Source of the DNA: Octopus bimaculoides
Taxonomy: Eukaryota
Length of the DNA: 34,494 bases
Direction of reading: 5' to 3'
Assembly (NCBI RefSeq): GCF_001194135.2
Contig: NC_068988.1
Location: 52,109,905-52,144,398, forward strand
Shown: positions 24,513-34,330 of the stretch, in pieces
Numbering within the stretch: the first letter of the stretch is position 1
How the letters are laid out: every line of letters begins with the position of its first letter
Notes under the pieces: generated by a model
What the model was told of the DNA's origin: nothing
Seen by the model: the letters and a program-made list of their open reading frames with translations, nothing else
The model's database searches: none
Program-made: the position numbers and the translations under genes

Positions 24513-24662
24513 TTATAACAACAATAACAACAACAACAACAACAACAATAATAATAACGATAGCGATAACAATGACGGTGACGATGGCAATTATGATGAT
24601 TTTAAGAATTAAAAATGATAACAGAGCAATAGTAATAATGTTCTCTATATTCTCGATTTCAG

Positions 24663-24735
24663 AAAGAAAGCATAAAACGATTGAGATACTATGGTGTTGG
24701 CACATGTGGACCACGTGGTTTCTATGGCACCACAG
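24663..24735 (+). CDS. SPTLC1: SPTLC1-like coding exon (human exon 5 equivalent)
   Basis: tttcag|AAA...G|gtaagg, 73 nt. KESIKRLRYYGVGTCGPRGFYGTT contains the signature YGVGTCGPRGFYGT. Confidence 0.96.
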
Positions 24736-26118
24736 GTAAGGAAATGATTCAGCGACCTATTTATTATGACAGTTTATACGAAATGTCAACGATTGTAGCC
24801 ATGGTTATTGTATTTAGCTCTTGATCAAGCTTGATCCAGTAAATCAGGCTTGATCCAGGCTTGATCCAGTAAACCTGTGATCAAAGACATTTCATCCATT
24901 ACCTTCGTGTTTTACACTTTGAGACACTGTACATAGGACTGCATTATCCAATGTGTCCTTTATATTTTTTTGATACTGTAGCGTTGGATTCCTCGTAGAT
25001 TGAACGATTGTGTGGGTGTCCTCATTGTGTCATTGAGATTGCCTTGTAAGTAAACCACATGAAATCAAACATGGTATCAATTCGATGTGAAACCGTTAAT
25101 CTAGACAGGTTTTTTTTTTCTCGTTCCGTTTTTTTTCTTCATTGCTTTCTGTCGAAGAGCGTAGACTCGAAACGTCAAGGACGTTTCTATTTTTCCTGAA
25201 TGTCGAACTAATACACCTTGTTTGTTACTCCCTCGCCTGTGCCTGTCTTTTGTTTTTTGTACATTTGCACCATGGTAACAAACATCAAGATATTTGAAAT
25301 ATTTAATATATTTATATATTTTTACTTATTTTATGAATTTATATTTGTTTTAATTAATTACATTTTGCTTCTAATACTGAGCCCAGGCAGAGACTTAATT
25401 AATGACATTTAACTTCTATCATCAGCAATATGCGAAGGAGGGGTAAATGAATTCCGGTGAATTGTGAAATAACAAGGAAAATTATTAGTTCGATAATCAA
25501 CCTAAATTGATGCAAAGGCCCTCGTGGAACTTTTTTTTTCAGCTAGACTTCCGTCTCAGTATACATTCGCTAGCTTTTTTCCAGTAGCTTAACAGCACAG
25601 CTACGACCATGATTGAGTGATCACAATGAGAAGGGTCCGAAACCACGATGATACTTTAGTCATTGACTGACGAGGAAAAATCAGCTGCGAATATTCCGTG
25701 TATGATGTCCTTGTCTATATTCCCCGTCTGTTAAGTTTTCGTCTTGTTTCCTGTTTGCTCTGCTTTCGTCTAGCTTTTTCTCCTTGTTGTGTTCTGTCTG
25801 TTCAATCATTGATACGTATGCAGTGATATGAGTCTGTCTATATATTTACTCATAACGTAGCTGTTTTGGTACTCTAATATTTATTGTGTCATAATGCAAA
25901 TGAATTTATGCCGCCAGGCTCATAGTTGTTTAATTCTAATAAGCAGTCTTTAGATAATATCATCGGCAGCAAAGAAGGAGATGTGAATAAACTCTGATGG
26001 ATATTTGAAATGAAACTGATTGGTTTGATCCTTACTCCAAGCTGCTGAAAAGGCCTTCGTGGTCCAATTTTTTCACAGAGAATGAATTTGTGAAAAATGG
26101 TTTGCATATGTTAATAGT

Positions 26119-26507
26119 GTAGGGGCGCAATGGCCCAGTGGTTAGGGCAGCGGACTCGCGGTCATAGGATCGCGGTTTCGATTCCCAGACCGGGCGTTAT
26201 GAGTGTTTATTGAGCCTAAACACCTAAAGCTCCACCTGGCTCCGGCAGGGGATGGTAGCGAACCCTGCTGTACTCTTTCACCACAACTTTCTCTCACTCT
26301 TACTTCCTGTTTCTGTTGTGCCTGTAATTCAAAGGATCAGCCTTGTCACACTGTGTCACGCTGAATATCCCCGAGAACTACGTTAAGGGTACACGTGTCT
26401 GTGGAGTGCTCAGTCACTTGCACGTTAATTTCACGAGCAGGCTGTTCCGTTGATCGGATCAATTGGAACCCTCGACGTCGTAAGCGACGGAGTGCCAACA
26501 ACAACAG
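26119..26507 (+). mobile_element. Full-length young tRNA-derived SINE (H1/T1) with TSD
   Basis: A box tggcccagtggttagg, B box gtttcgattccc, (aac)n tail. Perfect 11-bp TSD atgttaatagt at 26108-26118 and 26508-26518. Confidence 0.92.
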
Positions 26508-27159
26508 ATGTTAATAGTCACGACAAGATATCATTGAGCAGCAGCCTGTATTCATGAGGATAAGTAGCTAGACAACAAACTGGCATATTGAGAAACTAAT
26601 GAAAACGGTACAAAAGTGTAGAAGGCAGCTTATTGTATTTCTACATAAAGTGAAGAGGTGTCAGCAGCTCTAATCTAGATTGGGGCGAGTTGATTGGTTG
26701 GTCATTTAAGTGTTACCGTTAGATATATTTTTAACTAACCAACAATTTCTTATTTTTCTTTCCAATTACAAAGTGTGTTGGTAGTTCAAGATTTACATAG
26801 TATTCAATATTATTTTAATCATTTCAGTCAATGGGGTGTAGTCATACCGGGATACCTCTATATATCAAACTCTAGTACTTTGTCTACTATTTAATTTACC
26901 AAATTCAGATAGAGGAAAAACGAAGCTGATCTGGCAACGATTTATTTTTAGGGTGTAAAACGACGTTACAAATACCATACATTACTTTATTCGGTGCTCT
27001 ACCGATTCTGCCATTTCACTGTCTAGAATTTAATAAATTTTACATTTCGCGAAATAGAGGGCCAATAATTAAATATGACGTTTGGTCATATAATGCTAGT
27101 CAAATTTGCCGTCATATCGTACGTATCGTACAAAAAGTCAATTAGTAGAGTCGTTAAGG

Positions 27160-27320
27160 CATTGAATAAATTGATTTTCGGTTCGATAGATGTTCCGACC
27201 CTCCCTGTTCTGAATTTAAATCCCACCAAGATCAACTTTGCCTTTGATCTTTTTTCTTTTTCAGGGTAGGGACGATTAAAAAATAGAGTACTAGTCCCGT
27301 ATTGGGAGGAGGGGGTCAGT
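27160..27320 (+). mobile_element. Family B SINE, old
   Basis: ttctgaatttaaatcccaccaagatcaactttgcctttgatc matches the family B core. Confidence 0.55.
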
Positions 27321-27889
27321 TCTCTTTCTTTCGTGTTTATCTCTCTACCTCTCTTTCTGGAAGAAATCAGCTGCGATCAGAGCTGGTGATGGGTGAGATC
27401 CACCAGGTTTTTAAAAAGGAGCCTATTATGCGCCGTATATCACGGCAGCGCCTCTATGATTCCATCAATGAGATGAGGGTCAGAAGCAAAGACAAGTATG
27501 TATCACATTATGTTTAGCTATTAATAGACCACCCCCGCCCCTGACTTTAGCATGATATTCAAAAAAATTATTTACACTCAATATAAAAGTGCTATGAAAA
27601 GCTCAGCTTTTTCTATTTGCTCCATATTATTCCAGAATTTATTTTTATATCAGCACTTCTAACAATTTCACCAGCTCAGAACAGCTCTGTCCAAAAGAAT
27701 AAATTCGTCACTCCCATTTGAACTTTCCCTCGACACTAACGAATTTGAGGGTAAGTTGGTCGGTTTTTTTTGTTTTTTTTACAGACCTAGTGACCACGTT
27801 AAGATTCTTTCTGACTTGAAACTGTGGATGTTTTGTAATATGACAAGATTCATAAACTAAACTAACCTTTTATAACTATATTTCAACAG

Positions 27890-28022
27890 ATACACACTTG
27901 GAATGTGAAGAGCGATTCTGTGAATATATGAATACCGAAATGGCTGTTTTATACTCACATGGATTTCTCACTGTTACAAGTGCAATGGCCACGTATTCAA
28001 AACGTCATGACGTCATATTTTG
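27890..28022 (+). CDS. SPTLC1: SPTLC1-like coding exon (human exon 6 equivalent)
   Basis: caacag|AT...TG|gtaagt, 133 nt. (D)THLECEERFCEYMNTEMAVLYSHGFLTVTSAMATYSKRHDVIF(C) vs human [44 protein letters not shown]. Confidence 0.95.
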
Positions 28023-28043
28023 GTAAGTACACCATGTAAATAT

Positions 28044-28361
28044 GTGGAGGCACAATGGCCCAGTGGTTAGGGCAGCGGACTCGCGGTCGGAGGATCGCTG
28101 TTTCGATTCCCAGACCGGGCGTTGTGTGTGTTTATTGAGCGAAAACACCTAAAGCTCCACGAGGCTCCGGCAGGGGGTGGTGGCGACCCCTGTTGTACTC
28201 TTTCGCCCCAACTTTCTCTCACTCTTTCTTCCTGTTTCTTGAGTAACGCTGCGATGGACTGGCGTCTCGTCCAGCTGGGGGGAACACATACGCCATAGAA
28301 ACCGGGAAACCGGGCCCATGAGCCTGGCTAGGCTTGAAAAGGGAGCATAAATAAATAAAAT
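28044..28361 (+). mobile_element. Hybrid SINE (head H1, tail T2) with TSD
   Basis: H1 head to about 28240, T2 tail after it, (ataa)n end. 13-bp TSD accatgta(a/g)atat at 28031-28043 and 28362-28374. Confidence 0.88.
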
Positions 28362-29603
28362 ACCATGTAGATATAGGATATTGCTCACATTAATTTATGG
28401 TTTTCTAACTGCAAATCTGTAACTCCACAATATTAACGATAACTGTATTCGTCATACATTTCTCCCACCTTATTTTCTACGATGTACTTTTTATTTATCG
28501 CTTCGTCAGAGGATGAAGGGCAGTGGTCCTGACCCTCTTCAGAACCTTCAAAGGAAGGAAGAGGCTGTTCTTAAAACAGAGACCTGGTCTAAATGATTGC
28601 AACAAAGTATAGTACACTTAAGTCACGTATGAGCTTAGCTAAATGATTATGCGTTAAGCTATAGATACCTGACGCTGTCTGAAGTTAAATACCAACTAAT
28701 TTAACTCTTGCGAGAAAACTGTGATTTTGTGAATGAAATTTGGTAAGTAGATAGACTTCACTTGTACGTGGAATAGACTTAATCCGTCCCTTTGCTCCAT
28801 GCTACCATCATGCTTTTGGGTACCTATAGCATTAACTAGTCTTGTATTTTGACCCCATCTCTGATTTCCTGTCTGAAGATTTCTTCATCTTACAAGACTC
28901 GGATGTGTTAAAAATAGTGTGATGATCACTGATTATTTTTCTGTGACTGACCCCTAAAAAAACAATTTTGTTAATCTATGCGAAGAACGGACAACATAAG
29001 ATGCTGACTGAAATTCCGAAGGTTTGGCTTAGTGGAAAATTTTAGATAACGATACATCTCCAAGCATTCTAATCTCGTTTCAGAAGATTCTGTATGCTGA
29101 ATCAATTTACGTTTATAGCAATTTGGTATATCAGTAGTGGTGGTGACTGTTGTTAGATTGTCTTAAGTCAGCCTTGAACCAGCTGTAACTTCACAACTTG
29201 ACATTACCTTATTTGTAGCACGTTCGCAGTTAAATATAGATCATGTGTTAATATTAGTGCATAGATATCACGTTATTGGTTAACTATTTGCCGTTAATAA
29301 CTTCAAGTTGCTCGATCAGCAAGAAAAAAGAAACAAACCCTGAAATCACAGCTTCAGTATCATATGTGTACCTTTACACCATCTCAACAATCAAATGTTT
29401 CCGGAAAAAATATAATTTCAAATGAAATTGCGTATTTTATGTAACTCCATAACCACCCATCTAAGTTTTCAGAAAAACCGAGAAATTTACACGGGTACTC
29501 TTAAGTATATTATGTGTTCTTCCGACCCCGTCACCACATTCCTTACCACCACCAACACCTCCAAATCTAGGACATATTACTATTTTACAACCTTCATTCA
29601 CAG

Positions 29604-29733
29604 TGATATGGGGGCGTCTTTCGCAGTCACACAAGGATTAAGAGTGTCCCGCAGCAATTTCCATTTCTTTCGCCACAACGACATGGAACATCTCGAAGAA
29701 TTACTTATCGAACATCAAAAATGGGAAAAACAA
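29604..29733 (+). CDS. SPTLC1: SPTLC1-like coding exon (human exon 7 equivalent)
   Basis: tcacag|T...CAA|gtaagt, 130 nt. DMGASFAVTQGLRVSRSNFHFFRHNDMEHLEELLIEHQKWEKQ, containing the F(R/K)HNDM motif of the alpha-oxoamine synthase family. Confidence 0.95.
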
Positions 29734-29776
29734 GTAAGTCATCTTGATTTTTCTTTTGATAATATTCTCCCGATAC

Positions 29777-30236
29777 AAGGCGGCGACCTGGCAGAAACGT
29801 TAGCACGCCGGGCGAAATGCTTAGCGGTATTTTGTCTGTCTTTACGTCTGTCTTTACGTTCTGAGTTCAAATTCTGCCGAGGTCGATTTTGTCTTTCATC
29901 CTTTCGGGGTCGATAGATTAAGTATTAGTTGCGTACTGGGGTCGATCTAACCGACTGGCCCCTTTCCCAAAAATTTCGGGCCTTGTGTCTAGAGTAGAAA
30001 AGAATATTCTCCCAATAGGAAGGCGGCAAGCTAGAAGAAACGTTAGCCCACCGGGCGATATGCTTAGCGGTATTGCGTCTGTCTTTAAGTTCAGACTTCA
30101 AATTCCGCCGAGGTCGACTTTGCCTTTCACCCTTTCAGGGTCGATAAATTAAGTACCAGTTGCGTACTGGGGTAAATCTGATCGACTGGCCCCCTCCCTC
30201 AAAATTTCGGACCTTGTGTCTAGAGTAGAAAATAAT
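29777..30236 (+). mobile_element. Two tandem family B SINEs with overlapping TSDs
   Basis: Copies at 29777-30002 and 30020-30236. Flanking repeats aatattctccc (29761, 30003) and ttctcccaatagg (30007, 30238). Confidence 0.85.
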
Positions 30237-30625
30237 TTTCTCCCAATAGGGTCGAACGAAATGTTGTAATAATGATTTGTTTTATATCTTTTACATAGTG
30301 TTATGACAACAAATACTGTTAGTAGATTAACAGAATCGTTAGGGTCTCAGACAAATGCTTTAGAAATATTTAGTATAGTTCTTTATTCGTGCGAGGTTCA
30401 AACTTTACCAAGGTTAACTTTGCTTTTATCCCTTTGCCTGACCTATGTATCACATGTGATGCACAGGACGTATTTTATTAGACGAATAAAAGATACAAAA
30501 GTATATTAGACCAGAAAAATTATACAAATTGGAAGTAAATTGCTAATATCATTTATGCCCATTATCACTTTGTTATTAATCAAAATTCTAATCTTATGTT
30601 ATCTAAATAACTAATCCTCACACAG

Positions 30626-30823
30626 AACCCGAAGAAGGCTAAAGTGACCAAAAAGTTAATTGTCGTCGAAGCGCTGTACCTCAACATTGGCGATATATGT
30701 CCTTTACCAAGAATTGTGGAATTGCGAGACATTTACAAAGTACGTGTGATTGTTGATGAAAGCTTTAGCTTCGGAATCCTGGGAAAAACAGGCCGTGGCA
30801 TAACTGAACACTACGGACTCTCA
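30626..30823 (+). CDS. SPTLC1: SPTLC1-like coding exon (human exons 8+9 equivalent)
   Basis: cacag|AAC...TCA|gtaagt, 198 nt. NPKKAKVTKKLIVVEALYLNIGDICPLPRIVELRDIYKVRVIVDESFSFGILGKTGRGITEHYGLS. Confidence 0.96.
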
Positions 30824-31109
30824 GTAAGTCATAATTCCAATGTTTGCAACAAACCATCGAACATATATATTGAATAATCCTTTTTATAAATACACATTTA
30901 ATTTTGCTCTGAAATAATACTGAGGTCATAAACTCAAGTAAGAAACAGTTTAACTCACTGAGCATGTGTTCTAACAATACTGGGGCGTAGTGAAACCGAC
31001 ACAGGTAAAAACAGCGCTCCTTCAGTTCTCAGTTTATAGATGACTATAAGCTTTCTCCATTAATTATTTCAGGGAAGGAATGAAACAATTTTTTTTTATT
31101 ATTTAATGT

Positions 31110-31275
31110 AGGCGCAGGCATAGCTGTGTGGTTAAGAATCTCGCTTTGCAGTCACGAGGTTTCGGGTTCAATTCCACTGCACGGCACCTTGGGCCAGAGT
31201 TTTCTACTGCAGCCCTGAGTCCACCAATGCTTTGTGAATGAATTTAGTTGATGGAAACTGCGTGGAAACTTCTGA
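31110..31275 (+). mobile_element. Family D SINE, 5' part
   Basis: gctgtgtggttaagaatc...gggttcaattccactgcacggcaccttgggcc. Confidence 0.7.
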
Positions 31276-31289
31276 TATACTTCAATAGT

Positions 31290-31710
31290 CTGAAGCTTAC
31301 GAAAGCTATTTTAACCAATCAGAATGCAGCTTAGGCGTCAAAGTTTCATGAACGTCGTAACACAGTTGACACTGAACGTGCTTATTTGTAGAAACATTTT
31401 ACCCAATCACAAACATCGATAGAGGATTCGGCTATAATCAGAATGTGAGAAATATTTGACACTACAAACCGTAGTGCCACCTTAAATATTTTAAATTTTA
31501 TTTCATTCAAAAATATTTAAGGCGGGACTATGGTCTGTAGTATCAGATGTATCTCAACATCTGATTGTAGCCGAATCCTTTATCGGTGTCACTGATTGGT
31601 TAACAAGCTTCTATGAATAAGCGCGATCAATGTCAACTGTTACCACTTTCATCAAACCGTGATGCCGAAGTCGCAAGCTGATTGATTATGATAGTGTTCG
31701 TACGTTTCTA
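31290..31710. mobile_element. About 420-bp imperfect palindrome (foldback/MITE-like)
   Basis: Arms at about 31290-31492 and 31510-31710 are reverse complements at roughly 70-80% identity (judged by eye), with a loop of about 17 nt. Confidence 0.75.
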
Positions 31711-31939
31711 CTGAGAGTCCAACATCCTAACCACCAGAACATGCACCTTCACGTTATCCAATCAAGGAAAACTTCCTACATCCTTGTCACAAGTTACGGA
31801 GGCATACTCTTCCTCCAGTGATTAAACTATATAAGAATAAGTTAACTTTCATCATTCCAGGATCGATTAAATAATACTCGTTGCATGAAGATTGATATAC
31901 TCAACTGCACTTCTGTCCACAATATATAAGACCATGCGC

Positions 31940-32530
31940 CTTTGTTTGGCAGAACCGTTAGAAAATCGGACAAAACGGTTTGCTGCATTCGCTCCGTCTC
32001 TTTACGCTCTGAGTTCAAATGCCCCAGAGGTGTTACATTGTCTTTCATCCTACCGGGCAATAAACTACCAACCAAGTATTAGGGTTGATTTCATCGACTC
32101 AAGTACCCTCAAATTGTTATCCTTGTACCTAACCCAGAAACAATTATGGACAACGAGCTGGCAGACTCATTAGAACATCAGAAAAATGCTTTCCAGTATT
32201 ATTTCCGGCTCTTCATGTTCTAATTTCAAATCCACCAAAGTCAACTTTGCTTCCATTTCTCTGGAGTCGATAAAATAATGTATCAAGGAATTACTGGAGT
32301 CGATAAAATAATGTATCAAGGAGTCGATGGTACCAACTAAATCCCTCCCTTAAAACTGCTGAGTATGTGCTTGGTTCCCTATGTTCTAAGTTCCAATCCC
32401 GAAAAGTCAACTTTGCCTTTCATCCAATCGAATTCGATGAAATAAAGAACCAATCAAATACTAGAATCAATGAAATCGACAAACTACATTCCTTCAAAAC
32501 TGCTGGCCTTGTGCTTAAATTAGAAACAAA
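31940..32530 (+). mobile_element. Three tandem diverged family B SINEs
   Basis: Repeated ggcaga...ttag...gttc(a/t)aa...aagtcaactttgc cores at about 31945, 32155 and 32370. Confidence 0.7.
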
Positions 32531-32600
32531 AATTTTTTTTTTCTTGTTGTTGATATGATTATTTATTTAATTATATATTTTTTTATTATTATCACTGTAG

Positions 32601-32696
32601 ATAGGAGATATTGACGTGTTCACAGCAGATCTCGAAAATACGTTCGCCAGTGTTGGAGGTCTTTCTGTCGGCAAGAAGTGGGTTTTGGATAAACAG
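32601..32696 (+). CDS. SPTLC1: SPTLC1-like coding exon (human exon 10 equivalent)
   Basis: ctgtag|ATA...CAG|gtatat, 96 nt. IGDIDVFTADLENTFASVGGLSVGKKWVLDKQ. No Lys at the PLP Schiff-base position (LENT where SPTLC2 has FTKS), so this is the LCB1-type non-catalytic subunit. Confidence 0.95.
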
Positions 32697-32730
32697 GTAT
32701 ATGGAAATATTTCAATATTTTACAATCAAA

Positions 32731-32940
32731 AGGTGGCGAATTGGCAGAATCGTTAACATTCCGGGTTAAATGTTTAGCGGCATTTCGCCCGTCTGTGTGT
32801 TCTGGGTTCAAATTCCGTCGAGGCCGACTTTACCTTTCGGGGTCGATAAAATAAGTACCAGTTAAACACTGGGGTCAATTTAATTGACTTACCCCTACCC
32901 CCAAACTTGCTGAACTTGTGCCAAAATTTGAAATCAGTAT
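32731..32940 (+). mobile_element. Family B SINE
   Basis: aaggtggcgaattggcagaatcgttaac...ccaaaatttgaaatcagtatt. Confidence 0.8.
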
Positions 32941-33117
32941 TATACATACAAACATGAAAGTATGAAGGTAGAAGCGCCACAGCGCTACACTAAATGTCTT
33001 CATACCGTCGTCCCTCTCAATTTGGCTGTCTACCACTACATTTCATTATAAATCTTTTAAATCTGCAATGCTTAATTTATTCTTGTGTTATTACCCACAA
33101 TATGTCTTTTTAAACCC

Positions 33118-33515
33118 AGTGTGGCTGTATGGTTTGGTAACCCGCTTTACAACTACATGGTTTCAGGTTCCCCTATTCCCCACCCCGCCTGTGCGGCGCT
33201 TTGAATAAATGTCTTCTACTGTAGCCCCAAGCCGACCAATGCGTTGTGAGTTAATTTGGTAGATGGAAACTGTGTGGAAGCCTGTCGTGTGAGTGTGCCA
33301 TTGTGTCTGTGTTTATCTACCATCTATCACTTGACAACCGGTGTTGATTTGTTTACATTCCCGTAACTTAGCGGTTCCGCAAAAAGGAACGATACACTAA
33401 GTATTAAACTTTAAAATAAAAGGAAGAAAAAGAAGTACTGGGGTCGTTTGTTGAACTGAAATATTTCAAGGCAGTGACCCAAATGGCTGCAGTTCAATGA
33501 CTGACCAACTCTTTA
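33118..33515 (+). mobile_element. Family D SINE, near full length and diverged
   Basis: Head, CORE-like segment and 3' part (cttgacaaccggtgttg...gtaacttagcggttccgcaaaa...ctggggtcg) match the other family D copies. Confidence 0.7.
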
Positions 33516-33739
33516 AGGCAGTGAATTAGCAGAGACATTCGAGTGTCGGATAGAATGCCTTTCCGTATTTTCCCACGCACTTTGCGCTTTGAGTTCAAAT
33601 TCTACCAAGATCAACTCAATAAATTAACGTACAAATTCAGGGCAATTGATTGACTGAGGCATAAGAATATCAGATCAGATGCCTTGCAATATTTGTTCCG
33701 CCTCTTTGCGTTCTGAGTTCAAAAAGCAAGTAGTGAAAG

Positions 33740-33920
33740 CATCGGTGACAATTCAAAACTAACAAGGGGTAGGAGTGGACGAAGTCCTTTACTTCGTGAA
33801 ACATATGAAGTAAGGATCCAGCTGGAGAGAAAAAGAAAAGATAGAACAAAGTTGAGAACAGCGGAGAAAAGTCGTCGGTGGCCTCTGTTCCACTGGGAGA
33901 GATGGGCTTAAGAAAGTAAA
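33740..33920 (+). mobile_element. RTE-type LINE 3' end remnant
   Basis: Decayed SWREKEKIEQS*EQRRKVVGGLCSTGRDG followed by an A-rich tail, resembling the RTE C-terminal W..LA.DR..WR.LV..LC motif. Confidence 0.5.
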
Positions 33921-34330
33921 TAACTCTGTTGCAAGAATTCCTGCAGAATTTCCGGACTGAGTGTAACTTTCTCCCTCTCTTCCTTCCACTGGTATCGGAG
34001 GCCCTGTACCGTGTCATGGACACTGCCTTTCCTCTCCTGACTAAAAGATTAAAAACAAACAAAGGGGCAAACACCCTGATAAGAGGCAAACACCCTGAAA
34101 CTAGTCTGTAGATGCCAGACCAGCAAGGGACACAGGTTCACGTGTCACATAGCTAGCTAGAGGCGATGGCCTCTTGGAGCTAATCAACGGCAGCATTCGT
34201 CCTATTTTTCTGGACTGCCATGTTAGCTTGGCGATAACTATTAATATCCAGTACCGCTGCCTTAGACTCCTTTAGAGAGACCGAGAAATATTAATATTTC
34301 TATTTAAAAAAAATAAAAGTTAAGCTGCAT

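Noticed and set aside
26119-26200. tRNA gene (also at 13910-13989, 17871, 20445, 28044)
   Set aside because: A and B boxes are present, but they continue into SINE bodies with tails and TSDs, and there is no convincing acceptor stem.
29422-29916. 164-aa ORF as a standalone gene
   Set aside because: It is read-through of intron sequence, the SPTLC1 exon and a SINE. The same applies to 22914-23414 and 30644-30877.
32261-32322. 29-bp direct repeat (similar small duplications at about 24828-24875, 29836-29860 and 34064-34097)
   Set aside because: Ordinary slippage duplications within repeats.
33947-34030. Possible next SPTLC1 exon (RISGLSVTFS and LPLVSEAL resemble RLSGLGYCFSASLPPLL...EAL)
   Set aside because: The resemblance is split across two frames, the AG of the Arg codon would have to be the acceptor itself, the pyrimidine tract is poor and no matching donor was seen. 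Probably chance, but worth one look in RNA-seq.
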